From IMG/VR virus record IMGVR_UViG_3300028833_000058: DNA of 64,000 nucleotides, one strand, 5' to 3'. The stretch is from a virus. Taxonomy: Duplodnaviria; Caudoviricetes. Shown here piece after piece: positions 38,757-49,527 of the stretch. A program made the position numbers and the translations under genes. The number at the start of each line of letters is the position of its first letter. Within the stretch, counting starts at the first letter, position 1. The notes beneath the pieces were generated by a model. That model saw only the letters and a program-made list of their open reading frames with translations, did no database searches and was not told the origin of the DNA.

Positions 38757-41063
38757 ATGACAAAAGTAATCACAAACGCACAAGGTAAAGCATACGTTAC
38801 TTCAAACGGAAAAGCAATAGCTACATCTGGTGGTGGCGGTGGCGAATGGGACGGCTGGATTGAAACAGATGAATATGGTATAATGCCAGATATTAAATTA
38901 AGAACATCTTCTGCGTTAACAACAGTTGATACAGGAAACATGAATGAACGTTATAGATATGTTCCAATTTCTATAGCCAATCTGTCAAGTATCAGAAGTG
39001 TTACATCCAGAGGATTATGGGAAACATTTTCTGATAACTATCGTTTAAGAACTGTCAACATAAGTAATTTAACTTCAATAACAGGTTATGAAGCTCTAAG
39101 AGGAACATTCAGAAGTTGCTCTAATTTATCATCTATAGATGTATCTCATATTGCAACAGCTACAGGGTTAAGATGTTTACATTACACGTTTGGTGACGAT
39201 TGTGGTGTTACTTCATTAAATTTTAGTTCTTTATCAAATTGTGCAGGTGATAGTGTATTCGCTGAGATGTGTAGATATAACACAAGAATGGCTAACATAT
39301 CTTTTCCAGCTCTTACAACAAATTCTTTTGGTAATTACACAAGCCAATTTGATAACATGTTATATGGTGTAACGGGATGTACTGTACATTTTCCAGTTGA
39401 CATAAAGCCGTTAACAATAAATTGGAATAGTTTTGCAAATGGGTTTGGTGGAGTAAATACACATATAATGTATGACATCGGTGGCGGTATAGTTGATTTT
39501 ACTACTAACCCAAACAACGTTGTTCATCTATACGCATTTTATGAAGATTACACTAATGGTCAAAGTTATCAAAACTTTGTAAAAGTAGGTTCTGTTAATG
39601 TAAACAGAACTACAGGTCATTGTAGTGGTTTCAATACTGATAATTATCTTCAACTGCCTGATACTTATAGTTCTGAATCCGAAACAATAGAAACAAAGAT
39701 ATGTTTTACGACAAGTAATAATACTGGAGATACTCAATCTTTGTGGTATGGTAATAGAGACGATAATTCTTCTAGTGTTAACATAATAAGTGGTGAAATA
39801 TATTTTTGTCATAAACAAGAAGGTGGTGGTCCAGAATATAAGGGAACTGGTCTTTATGTATCAACTAATACAAAGTATTATCTAAAATTGGTAGAAACAT
39901 CTAATACTGTTACACCTTATCTTTCGACAGATGATACAAATTATACACAAGGTAATGATTTTTATCGTGAGTATCCATTTGGTATAAATATAGGTCAAGG
40001 TAGTAATAACGATGACCCATACACTTATTTCACTGGTTCATATGAATTATCTGATTGTTATATAAAAATTGGTTCAACTGTTGTTTGGTCACCTCTTGGT
40101 AATGATACATCAAATCATCTTTCTATCTATGCTCCAGCTGACCAAAATCTTACTTATGTAGCTCATTATGAAACAGCTAATGTTATTTATTATGGTACGG
40201 TTACTGGTATAGTTGAAGGTGAAACAACATATGTTAATGTTCCATTGCCAACTCAAAACGATAGCACTTTCCAAATAAATATAACAAATGACCCAGGTAT
40301 CCAAGAAATGACTTTGGACCTTGGTGAGGGTGCTGTAATAACATTAGGGTTAACTTCTGGTTCTTCACAAGTTGTAGGGTTAGAAAACGGTATTGGAAAA
40401 ACAATTCATTATACGATACCAGCTACATCAACGACAAGAAAGAAAATAGATTCTTTCACTATTCAAAGCGGTACGAATACAATTGATGTTACTTTGGAAC
40501 CAGGATTACAAGAAAATTTCACAATTCTAGGTAGTCCAATTGTAACTGATGAGTATGTTGCTTCAAGATTTGATTCAAATAACCATTTATTGGCAACACT
40601 TTCTAACATACCTTCTGATGGATTTGATTTAATCATGCATTGGAATTTAACCAATAACGACTATTGTCCAGCGTTTGGTTCCATATCAAATGGAGCCTGG
40701 TGGGGTTCATTCCCAAATGGCGTAGGTATGTTTACTGGTGGTTACGACTGTAGTGACTGGAACACGAGAAATGGTAAGGGCTGGTATCTATATAGACAAA
40801 CAAATTCAGAGTTTTTAATATACTATTTGCAAGACGATTATGATACTTACACACTAAGTACTTTACCAAATGTATCTGATTGGACTTTCATTGCATCAGG
40901 AAGTGATACAGGTATATTATCAAATGGTGATTATCGTATAGGTATGAATCCAGACCTTGGATATGATTATCAATATTTCCGTGGTTACATTTATCTTGAA
41001 GATATGGTAATTAGAGATACATCTAATGGTACAATATACTGGAGAGCAGTAGGGACATTTTAA
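38757..41063 (+). CDS. LRR plus lectin-like beta-sandwich adhesin
   Basis: N-terminal LRRs, then two 'GS.....SGF..NYL/NHL ... G.I.L.D..I....W' domains. Confidence 0.7.
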   Translation: MTKVITNAQGKAYVTSNGKAIATSGGGGGEWDGWIETDEYGIMPDIKLRTSSALTTVDTGNMNERYRYVPISIANLSSIRSVTSRGLWETFSDNYRLRTVNISNLTSITGYEALRGTFRSCSNLSSIDVSHIATATGLRCLHYTFGDDCGVTSLNFSSLSNCAGDSVFAEMCRYNTRMANISFPALTTNSFGNYTSQFDNMLYGVTGCTVHFPVDIKPLTINWNSFANGFGGVNTHIMYDIGGGIVDFTTNPNNVVHLYAFYEDYTNGQSYQNFVKVGSVNVNRTTGHCSGFNTDNYLQLPDTYSSESETIETKICFTTSNNTGDTQSLWYGNRDDNSSSVNIISGEIYFCHKQEGGGPEYKGTGLYVSTNTKYYLKLVETSNTVTPYLSTDDTNYTQGNDFYREYPFGINIGQGSNNDDPYTYFTGSYELSDCYIKIGSTVVWSPLGNDTSNHLSIYAPADQNLTYVAHYETANVIYYGTVTGIVEGETTYVNVPLPTQNDSTFQINITNDPGIQEMTLDLGEGAVITLGLTSGSSQVVGLENGIGKTIHYTIPATSTTRKKIDSFTIQSGTNTIDVTLEPGLQENFTILGSPIVTDEYVASRFDSNNHLLATLSNIPSDGFDLIMHWNLTNNDYCPAFGSISNGAWWGSFPNGVGMFTGGYDCSDWNTRNGKGWYLYRQTNSEFLIYYLQDDYDTYTLSTLPNVSDWTFIASGSDTGILSNGDYRIGMNPDLGYDYQYFRGYIYLEDMVIRDTSNGTIYWRAVGTF

Positions 41064-41080
41064 TTCTATTGGGGTAGAAT

Positions 41081-42673
41081 ATGAGCGAAACAAAAGTACA
41101 AGCAAATTCACAAGGTAAGTTATACATATCCAACGGAAGACTTTTATCATCTTCTTCTGGGGGTTCATCTGGTGTTATCGATTCATTAAACGTCACACCA
41201 ACGACATCTGCTCAAACTATTACGGCTTCTGGCGGTGTTGACGGTTATTCTCCTATTAACGTAAGTGCTGTAACAAATTCAATAGATTCAAACATTGTTG
41301 CTGAGAATATTAAAGACGGTGTTACTATCTTGGGCGTAACTGGTAACTATCAAGGCTGTGATACCATATACTTACCGAATGAATCAGGTGCAACGATTAA
41401 TGCAGGTGATAAGGTATTGTTCACGCTTGGTACAAATGATTCAGCAGGTGCGGAAACCTTTACAACTGTATATAAATCAAGTTTACCTACATATAGTCCT
41501 ATTTGTATTCTTGATAATTATTCCTTTATTATTGCAGGTAGGTCAGACTCTTCAACGTACAATGGATATTTATTTACAAAGGTGAATAACAGCTGGTTAC
41601 AAGGAAGTCTTAATAACATTTATACTACAGTAGGTGCTAATTCTGTTTTCCAATATTTTGAGAATGGAGACATTATCAACAACAGCTATCGTAATGATTA
41701 TGAGGGATTTATTACATCTGTCGGAAGAAACAAAACAATACCTGGGAGAGATGATTGCAGATATATTGGAGATTATAACGGAACTTCATTTCTTATTTAT
41801 TGGTATTCTGGAAGTATTAGAGTTTGCACATGGGATAAAGCGGCAGGTACATATTCACAAGTGTTGGCAATAACAGATTTCTCCAGCAAAGATGGTTTAT
41901 ATAGAATATTTACCGATACATCCTTTGGTACGAGAATGATTGCAAACAATAATAAGAATTATAAAATCTATACCTTATCTGGTACAAGTACGTTTACACT
42001 TTTATCTCAAGGAAATATTGGTACAGATTCAAACATAACGTTTATTGGTGCAACAGGTCTAGCAACAGGTGATGTTGTGTTCGCAGTAGATAATTATACA
42101 TACAATTACAATGCTTATGCAATGGCTTCTGGAACTATCCCATCAGCTTCTTCTCACTTATTCTGTTACAAGATGCAAAGTGATGGTTTGTTAGCTTATT
42201 ATGGAGACACACAGTTAAAATTGTTTGAGAACACACCGTGCTACGTTGCTTATGACAACCGTTCAAATATTCTCTCAATCGGTACAAAGGATGAAGTTTA
42301 CTTCTATGAGTTTGATACAACGAACAAAGCATTTAACAGAATCTCTGTATTTCATACTCCACTTCCGACACCGACAAGCAATGTACCTTTAAGAGTACAG
42401 ATGACACCTGATAAAAGTACGTTTGTGGTGTATGGTTATAGTTCTTCGGCAAACCCTGTATATGTTTACACAAACCAAGAATCTTATCAAAGGATTGTAC
42501 CAAACTCTCAATACTACTACGATTTAACAACATCATTTACAGGTATAGCAACAGGGGAAACTGACGAAGATGACAACTATGAAATCAGTACAGTTCTTCC
42601 ACCGATTGTTGATAGTAAGATTATAACAGACCTTGAGCCTGATGAAGTAATAATTAAGGGGAATGCAGAATGA
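41081..42673 (+). CDS. putative receptor-binding protein
   Basis: Shared N-terminal motif and an AENIKDGVTILGVTG fibre repeat, followed by a beta-rich region. Confidence 0.6.
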   Translation: MSETKVQANSQGKLYISNGRLLSSSSGGSSGVIDSLNVTPTTSAQTITASGGVDGYSPINVSAVTNSIDSNIVAENIKDGVTILGVTGNYQGCDTIYLPNESGATINAGDKVLFTLGTNDSAGAETFTTVYKSSLPTYSPICILDNYSFIIAGRSDSSTYNGYLFTKVNNSWLQGSLNNIYTTVGANSVFQYFENGDIINNSYRNDYEGFITSVGRNKTIPGRDDCRYIGDYNGTSFLIYWYSGSIRVCTWDKAAGTYSQVLAITDFSSKDGLYRIFTDTSFGTRMIANNNKNYKIYTLSGTSTFTLLSQGNIGTDSNITFIGATGLATGDVVFAVDNYTYNYNAYAMASGTIPSASSHLFCYKMQSDGLLAYYGDTQLKLFENTPCYVAYDNRSNILSIGTKDEVYFYEFDTTNKAFNRISVFHTPLPTPTSNVPLRVQMTPDKSTFVVYGYSSSANPVYVYTNQESYQRIVPNSQYYYDLTTSFTGIATGETDEDDNYEISTVLPPIVDSKIITDLEPDEVIIKGNAE

Positions 42674-44733
42674 CACATGAAACAAACGTAAGAGCCTATA
42701 AGAATATACCTTTTGAATATAGACTTAAAAAAGACGGCTATTATGATATTACAGGTACTCTTAAAGGTGGTTGGAGTGTTTTTAATCTAGAGTTTCAGGC
42801 TTTCAACGGACTTAATATGAGTTATGAACAATTAAGCGGTTCACCAATGGTTGTTAAAGCAAACGCTGGACAATTGCCTGACTTAACCAATATAAATGGT
42901 GTTACAGGGTGCTTAAAGGAAGTAGGAGTAGGACCAGGTATCTATACCAACTATACGATAAATGGCTCACCAATAATAGATATTTACACAGGTATTGTAT
43001 CAAATTTAAGCGGTAGTAACTATCTATCTGCACAGGATTTGGGATTGGTAACACCTGATAATAACAAAACTTGGGAAGTTGTAGTAAAATTTACAACAGG
43101 TACAAGTATACCTAGCAATGAAATGAACGTATTTTGTACATCAGGTAGGTATAGTTCATACATATTACAATTAAGAAGTAACAACTTATATGCATTTTTA
43201 AGTTCTAATGGTAGTTCTTGGGATATTGCAAATGGTGCAATAGTTATGAGTATTACCGCAAATACTACTTATAAGATTAAGATAGAATTTACAGGAACAG
43301 AATATAATTGGTACTCTTACGAGAACGATAATTGGGTTTTAAAATATACTGTAACAAGTTCTGTTTCTGTTTATGCAGGTGCTAGATATGTAATAGGTGA
43401 TGGTTTTGTAAATGGCGGGATAGTAGATTTATCTGAAACGTATATGAAAGTAAATGGACAAATCGCTTGGACTCCTGCTGTTGGTAATGGATATGTAGCA
43501 AAAGTGTCAGCAGATAATTTTACCCTTTTTGGAAGTCCAACAATAGACTCTGATAAAGTGGTTTCTGGTTTTTCTACGACAAGTGGGTTAAGACTTCCTG
43601 AAACAACACCAAGTACAATTACAGATTTAGATATTATCTTTAAGGGTAATCTAACAAATGTATCTGCTAATAGCGTCATCTTTGCACATGCTTCTTCAAA
43701 TCAAAGATATGTTGGTATAAGAGGTACTGGTAAATTCGCTATGTATATAGGAAGCTGGGTAGAAGGTACAACGGCTTTATCAACTAATACAGAATATTGG
43801 TTCAGAGTTATTAAAGACGGAAACAACTATAAAGGCTATTTATTAGTAGATAACAACTACACACTAGATACTTTACCTGCTTTAAACGATTGGTCACAAG
43901 AATTCTCTACAACAACAAACATCTTTAACGGATATCTTTTCGATGTCGGGTACAATTCATATTCAACAGGTGAGTATTTTAAAGGTTCTATTGACCTCAA
44001 AGGTTGTAGCGTGAATATTAACGGCAGTGAGTTTTGGAATCCATTTGTTAAGAAAATGCCTGTTGAGGGATTGCTTCCGAGTGGCGTAACCGATGACGGC
44101 TCTGCACAAACTTGGAACTTGTTTTATAACAACGGCGATTACAGACTTAATACAGCAAGTACGATGACAGGATATACTTGGGTAGGTTCTGTTGCAATAC
44201 CTGCACATAGTTCTCCAACACCTGCACCAACTCCGACTAAATCTTATGATGTAATTGGTACTTTAACTAACGACAATGGTGTATATAGTGGATTTAGTGA
44301 CAACGATTATATTCAGTTGTCTACAGATTTGTTAGTACCTGGTAATACATTTGTATTCAAATTTACAACAGGTAGCGACCTTACTGATTTCCAAAATATA
44401 CTTGCGCCTGATAATTGGTTCGAGTTATATGTTGAGAATGATAATTTATACGCTTGGATAGAATCAGAGGGAGGTCCGATAAGTTGCGGCTCTGTATCAA
44501 CAGAAACAACGTATTGGGCGAAAGTTGAAACAACTTCTGATTCAGTTACACTGAGCTATTCAACAGATGGGGTAACATATACAGGTGCGGTATCAAGCCA
44601 TTGTGTAAAAGGTACAATACAACAGTTCAATGTTGGACACGGAATATTTGATTATGCAAACAGAAATTGGAGCGGTAGTATTGATATAACTAATTCTTGT
44701 ATAAAGAATAGCAGTGGCACTGTCATTTGGTAA
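42670..44733 (+). CDS. tandem lectin/LamG-like beta-sandwich adhesin
   Basis: Three repeats of the 'GSP.I...VS.FS..NY ... KFTTG ... GSIDL..C.I..W' domain and a PTPAPTP linker. Confidence 0.65.
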   Translation: MTHETNVRAYKNIPFEYRLKKDGYYDITGTLKGGWSVFNLEFQAFNGLNMSYEQLSGSPMVVKANAGQLPDLTNINGVTGCLKEVGVGPGIYTNYTINGSPIIDIYTGIVSNLSGSNYLSAQDLGLVTPDNNKTWEVVVKFTTGTSIPSNEMNVFCTSGRYSSYILQLRSNNLYAFLSSNGSSWDIANGAIVMSITANTTYKIKIEFTGTEYNWYSYENDNWVLKYTVTSSVSVYAGARYVIGDGFVNGGIVDLSETYMKVNGQIAWTPAVGNGYVAKVSADNFTLFGSPTIDSDKVVSGFSTTSGLRLPETTPSTITDLDIIFKGNLTNVSANSVIFAHASSNQRYVGIRGTGKFAMYIGSWVEGTTALSTNTEYWFRVIKDGNNYKGYLLVDNNYTLDTLPALNDWSQEFSTTTNIFNGYLFDVGYNSYSTGEYFKGSIDLKGCSVNINGSEFWNPFVKKMPVEGLLPSGVTDDGSAQTWNLFYNNGDYRLNTASTMTGYTWVGSVAIPAHSSPTPAPTPTKSYDVIGTLTNDNGVYSGFSDNDYIQLSTDLLVPGNTFVFKFTTGSDLTDFQNILAPDNWFELYVENDNLYAWIESEGGPISCGSVSTETTYWAKVETTSDSVTLSYSTDGVTYTGAVSSHCVKGTIQQFNVGHGIFDYANRNWSGSIDITNSCIKNSSGTVIW

Positions 44734-44782
44734 ACTTATTAGCAAATTTAATTTTGTTTAATATGTTTATAAACAATGTGAT

Positions 44783-44789
44783 AGTTCTA
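44783..44789 (+). promoter_or_regulatory. AGTTCTA putative late-promoter motif
   Basis: Upstream of the ATG at 44853, followed by a small hairpin at 44797-44819. Confidence 0.55.
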
Positions 44790-44852
44790 TATTCTTAGAT
44801 AGTAAGTTGTTTATTATCTGTTAACTAACTAGAATTTAAAGGAAAGATTATA

Positions 44853-45575
44853 ATGATGACTAAAGAAGAAATGTTGAAGATGCTTAAAGAAAACGCATTA
44901 AACGTTAAGAAAGCAGAAGATACGATTGAAAACATTGACGCTAAAGAAGTTGATGGCGTTGATAAGGCTGAAGGAATTCAAGGTTTGGATTCTGAATTAC
45001 CTACACAGAAAGATGTAGAAGCTTATGTTGCTAAAGACGAAGGACCGATGATTCCTGTTGACGCAGACGGTGTTTCTAAAGATGGTGGTGAAGATGACCG
45101 CATGGAAGCAGATAAAGTAGAAGCTGAACGTAAGAAAGAAGATAATGGTATTAAAGATGTTATCAATGTTTCTTCTCGTAAAGTTGAAGAATCTGCAGAA
45201 GTAAACAACGAACTCTTAGCTCAACTTCAGGAAGCTGCTGTTCGTGAAGAACAATACAAAGCTAAAATCGCTAAAATCAATGGTCTTTGCGAAAAAGCTT
45301 TGAAGACACAAGCAGAATCAATCACAAAAGAGCATGCTAAAGAAGTTTATGAAATCTTCGAATCTGTGATTGCTGAAGGTGAGAAGTTTGAAGCCGAATT
45401 GAAAGAAAGTGCTGCTAAAAATAAGAAATTGTATTTGACAGCTAAGAAACTTTACGAAGGCTCAAACAAATTGAACAAAATCTTGCTGGAAGCTGTTAAG
45501 AAAGCTCAACCAGAAAGAAAGATGACTAGATATTCAACACCTGCTTATCGTGCTGTAATGTCAATGTCGAAGTAA
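44853..45575 (+). CDS. putative prohead core scaffold protein (gp22-like)
   Basis: Charged and helical with dense x-x-E|(S/A/G/N) sites (LKE-N, VEE-S, LQE-A, IFE-S, IAE-G, LKE-S, LYE-G, LLE-A); has its own promoter motif and terminator. Confidence 0.55.
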   Translation: MMTKEEMLKMLKENALNVKKAEDTIENIDAKEVDGVDKAEGIQGLDSELPTQKDVEAYVAKDEGPMIPVDADGVSKDGGEDDRMEADKVEAERKKEDNGIKDVINVSSRKVEESAEVNNELLAQLQEAAVREEQYKAKIAKINGLCEKALKTQAESITKEHAKEVYEIFESVIAEGEKFEAELKESAAKNKKLYLTAKKLYEGSNKLNKILLEAVKKAQPERKMTRYSTPAYRAVMSMSK

Positions 45576-45607
45576 TTATGTTTTAATTATTCGTTTTGCA
45601 GTTCTCG

Positions 45608-45644
45608 AAGGAGTTGGATTCCAAAGTCTAACTCCTTTTTCTTT
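45608..45644 (+). terminator. Rho-independent terminator
   Basis: Stem AAGGAGTTGGA/TCTAACTCCTT followed by a T tract. Confidence 0.8.
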
Positions 45645-45659
45645 CATCTGGAGGGGAAA

Positions 45660-46370
45660 ATGTTATTAGATATCATAAAAGCGATTTTAAGCCTTTTCAG
45701 TAAGCAAGAAGAACATAAACCACAAGTTGTTGCTGAAAAACCAAAATTGCTTACCTACGAGCAAATTTTGGCCATTAACGATAATAAAAATCCAGATATG
45801 TGTAAATATTACATCGATGCTTTAAATAAAGTACTTCCAGAGTATAAAATTGATACAAAATTAAGACTTTCACATTTTTTAGCTCAGATTCTTCATGAAA
45901 GTGGTAACTTTAGGTATAAGTCAGAGAATTTAAACTACTCTGCCACTGCTTTGCGTTCTGTCTTTCCAAAATATTTTAAGACAAACGCTATTGCAAATGA
46001 ATATGCAAGAAAACCAGAGAAGATTGGTAACAGGGTTTATGCCAATCGTATGGGAAACGGTAATGAAACTAGTGGAGATGGGTTCAAATATCGTGGAAGA
46101 GGTCTAATTCAGCTCACAGGTAAGTCAAATTATAGGGCCTGTGGAGAAGATTTAGGTATAGATTTATTAAAATTACCAGATTTGATTATATCAGACCCAG
46201 AAATTTGTGTAAAAACAGCCTGTTGGTTTTGGAATAGGAATAATTTGAATAGTTTAGCTGACCAAGACGATATTAAAACCATAACAAAACGTATAAATGG
46301 TGGTTTTAATGGTCTAGAAGATAGACAAAGGTTGTTGGCACGAGCTAAACAAGTTTTATTTACTTCCTAA
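45660..46370 (+). CDS. glycoside hydrolase family 19 endolysin
   Basis: Motifs FLAQILHESG, ENLNYS, YANRMGNG, YRGRGLIQLTG..NY and TKRINGG.NGLEDR. Confidence 0.93.
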   Translation: MLLDIIKAILSLFSKQEEHKPQVVAEKPKLLTYEQILAINDNKNPDMCKYYIDALNKVLPEYKIDTKLRLSHFLAQILHESGNFRYKSENLNYSATALRSVFPKYFKTNAIANEYARKPEKIGNRVYANRMGNGNETSGDGFKYRGRGLIQLTGKSNYRACGEDLGIDLLKLPDLIISDPEICVKTACWFWNRNNLNSLADQDDIKTITKRINGGFNGLEDRQRLLARAKQVLFTS

Positions 46371-47381
46371 CCAGTTATAAAACATTTTTAATGCACAATT
46401 TTTAGATTTTGACTTTATATGCATCTTACTAGCCATACAAGGTAATCTACAAAATGGATAATATTGACAATTTGAACATTTTAAGTTGTTTATAGCTATT
46501 TCAAATTGTCTTTTTGTGCAATTGTCGTTATCATAACATTCTGTTAAACTCATTCCGTATTCATTTAACATACTTAATGTACCAGACCTTAATAAACACG
46601 AGAATACAAGACGATTATTGATAAATGAGCAACTGTTTTTACATATACAATATCTTCCATTCGGATTATTGTAACTTTCAACTATGTGTTTAACTTCTTT
46701 TATGTTTTCAAATTTGTTTTCATAACAAAATTTATAAAATTCAAATAGGTCTTCTTCTGAAGGAGCATATTTTTCCCAATTTAAGTTATAAATGTAATAT
46801 TCTGGGTATATTTCAAACTTTCTTAAACGTTCTAATTGATTTCCTCTAATATATTCGTGTATACAATCTTTTGTTAAGGTTATTGATATCACTCTTGGAT
46901 TAAAAATATCAATGTTTTTCCACCAAATTTCTTCTGTGTTACCATGAAATCTAGATATTGGGTCGTAAGATGTCGCTATATAACAATCTTTTTCTAATAA
47001 GTCATGTACTCTAGTTACTTTATTGAACACTAAATTTGTTGAAAAGCAAAATTCACATTTATAATTATTGCTGTTACACCAGTCTCTTAAAATGGTTACC
47101 ATTTGTTTATAGCAGGTGAAATATTCATCACCTAAAGAATCCATAAACAACTCCCCACCCCAAAATCTAAAGACAAGATTTTTAATCTCTTTTCTCTTTT
47201 GTTTGATTGTGTCTAATTCATGTATCAAAACGAATGTAGAATCGATAATTTCTTCACACGTTTTCAAATCAGTATGTTTTTCAAAACAGAACTTACAGTG
47301 TAAATTACATCTATCAAAGAGAATTACACATATTTCTAAAGTGTCGTTGTGTTTATAAAAATTATCAAATAGATTATTCAT
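46356..47381 (-). CDS. radical SAM protein 6 (SPASM-like tail)
   Basis: CNLHCKFC, WGGE, C-terminal CSNCQYYPFCRLPC. Confidence 0.9.
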   Translation of the reverse strand: MNNLFDNFYKHNDTLEICVILFDRCNLHCKFCFEKHTDLKTCEEIIDSTFVLIHELDTIKQKRKEIKNLVFRFWGGELFMDSLGDEYFTCYKQMVTILRDWCNSNNYKCEFCFSTNLVFNKVTRVHDLLEKDCYIATSYDPISRFHGNTEEIWWKNIDIFNPRVISITLTKDCIHEYIRGNQLERLRKFEIYPEYYIYNLNWEKYAPSEEDLFEFYKFCYENKFENIKEVKHIVESYNNPNGRYCICKNSCSFINNRLVFSCLLRSGTLSMLNEYGMSLTECYDNDNCTKRQFEIAINNLKCSNCQYYPFCRLPCMASKMHIKSKSKNCALKMFYNWLGSK

Positions 47382-48537
47382 CGTTTACTATCTCAAACAG
47401 CATTTTATTAATACATTCTTTTGGTTTCCAAATGAACTGATGATTTTGATAACACCCACGTAAATTTCTTTCTGAACACCACGGTTTATATTTACATAAG
47501 TTACATTTATATCTCTTATTGAAAAATGTTTCAACATGCTCATGATGTTTTAGACAGGTAAATTCACCATTCAATTTGTTTTTTATTATGTTTTCTTTTT
47601 TAATGTCATCGTGTTCTGGCCAAAAGATGTAAGGAATTAGTTCACACGGTGATTCTTCTCTGCCAAACATCGGTATAAATTCAACTGTTTCACAATACGA
47701 TTTGAAATCATCTTTGTTTATTTTAATATCAATATTGTGTGACATGAAGACATTTAACTCAATTCCATGCCTATTCTTAATTTCATTATAGAAGTTACGA
47801 TAATCGTCAAAGGTAGGCACTTCTGACATACTATTAGAATTATAAGGTTGATATTCGTTAAAAACAAGTGACAATCGTTTGTTTTTATCCATTTCTAATA
47901 ATTTATCAAAGAGAATGACACTATTGTTATTTTTGTCTTCTATGTATTTGTTCATAGAAGATTTAGTCAAAATAGTCTCTATTAACAAATCATCTTCTTT
48001 TACCAATACCTTTTCTAAATTGTTTTGCCAAATTTTTAACGATAAATCATTTTTAAATCTTCCGTGTACATCATAAGAAGTTGCTATGTTGACTAACTTG
48101 TTTTTTTGTGATATGTAATCAAATAAGTTAAATAATCTATCTAATCTTTCTTTTTCTAATATTAAGTTTGAAAACAACGTATTGTGGAGTTTTACTGGCT
48201 TATTAGTGGTTATTTCATAGAGTGAATCAAACAATTTGTAAAAATAATCAAAATATTCTTTCGGCAACACTCCTATTTCACCACCGATAAAATAATGCTT
48301 TAACAATGTTCCGTTAGGTAATCTGTCTATATTTTCATTTAGCCATTGTATTTCATACTCTCCGATTTTTTTAAACTCTTCTAACGACATTAGTTTGTTA
48401 TCGTGTATTGATTTTAAACAACAAAAATCACAATTGTTATTACACTGAGCAAAAGTAAAAGCATAAGGGAGTAATCCTAAAACTTTAGTCTTTTGTACCA
48501 TCTCTATTAAATCGTTAGTACGTTTATCACTTAACAT
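47374..48537 (-). CDS. radical SAM protein 5
   Basis: CNNNCDFC, IGGE, C-terminal CNLCKYKPWC...GC...C. Confidence 0.88.
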   Translation of the reverse strand: MLSDKRTNDLIEMVQKTKVLGLLPYAFTFAQCNNNCDFCCLKSIHDNKLMSLEEFKKIGEYEIQWLNENIDRLPNGTLLKHYFIGGEIGVLPKEYFDYFYKLFDSLYEITTNKPVKLHNTLFSNLILEKERLDRLFNLFDYISQKNKLVNIATSYDVHGRFKNDLSLKIWQNNLEKVLVKEDDLLIETILTKSSMNKYIEDKNNNSVILFDKLLEMDKNKRLSLVFNEYQPYNSNSMSEVPTFDDYRNFYNEIKNRHGIELNVFMSHNIDIKINKDDFKSYCETVEFIPMFGREESPCELIPYIFWPEHDDIKKENIIKNKLNGEFTCLKHHEHVETFFNKRYKCNLCKYKPWCSERNLRGCYQNHQFIWKPKECINKMLFEIVNDE

Positions 48538-49523
48538 TGTAAATTTTCCTTTATTTTGTCAATTAACATTTTTAACCCTGGACACCCTGTTTTATCGAAA
48601 CTTAACTGACAACATTCGCCTCTACATATGTTGTAATAGGAACAAGTTAAACATCTCTCGTTCAATTTTCTTTCTTGTGATATCAATTTCTTATGTAATG
48701 ATTCATTGTACCCATTGTTGTCAACAATGTGAATATTTGATATATTAGGGCAAGTTGCTATAGTACCATCAGTATTAACTGTTATGACATTCTCCATACA
48801 TCTTCTTTCTCTGCAACCAATTGGGTCATTTCCTTTTATAATGTTTTCTAGTTCTTCAAAAAGTTGTATTTTGATGTCATGGTGTTGTAAATTGTAAATA
48901 TATAGTTCTGTTAACCATTTATCTATATCTACGTTATCTGGTTTTATTTTTACAACAGCAGCTCTACCAGTTTCTGTTATTCTTTCAAAATTTATAATTT
49001 TTATTCCTAATTCTTTGAAATAGTTCATTAATTTACTTGGTTTATGTGACAAAGTAAATTTATTCAATGTAACAATTACTTCAACATCGAATCCTTTTTG
49101 TAACAAAGATTTTACATTATTTTCCCAAATGTTACGTTGATTAACTGTTGTGAACCTATAGTCATCAACATCCCAACTTGTTTTTAGAAATTTTTTGTCA
49201 AAAAGTGAAAAAAGTTCTATTAGTTTATCAGTGAGTTTGTATGTTAAGTTTGTTGTAGCACTCCATTTTATAGTTGGGTAACTCTTAATCAATTCGATAT
49301 AATTTTGTATTGTATTGTCTTCTGCTTGAAAAAAAGGTTCTCCACCATGGAATACACACTCTATTTGTTTAAATTTGTTTACATGTGAGTCTAGGATGTT
49401 TCTGATTACATTTACATCAAGTCTTTTTTTATCAGAAAATATACCAGAGTTCATATAGCATCCTTTGCAATTTAAATTACATTGGTTTGTCATACATAGA
49501 TAGATTTTCTTATACTCATTCAT
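48531..49523 (-). CDS. radical SAM/SPASM protein 4
   Basis: CNLNCKGC, HGGEP, C....C...ITVNTDG.IATCP, CLTCSYYNICRGECC. Likely start 49523 (track gives 49547). Confidence 0.92.
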   Translation of the reverse strand: MNEYKKIYLCMTNQCNLNCKGCYMNSGIFSDKKRLDVNVIRNILDSHVNKFKQIECVFHGGEPFFQAEDNTIQNYIELIKSYPTIKWSATTNLTYKLTDKLIELFSLFDKKFLKTSWDVDDYRFTTVNQRNIWENNVKSLLQKGFDVEVIVTLNKFTLSHKPSKLMNYFKELGIKIINFERITETGRAAVVKIKPDNVDIDKWLTELYIYNLQHHDIKIQLFEELENIIKGNDPIGCRERRCMENVITVNTDGTIATCPNISNIHIVDNNGYNESLHKKLISQERKLNERCLTCSYYNICRGECCQLSFDKTGCPGLKMLIDKIKENLQC

Positions 49524-49527
49524 GTTA

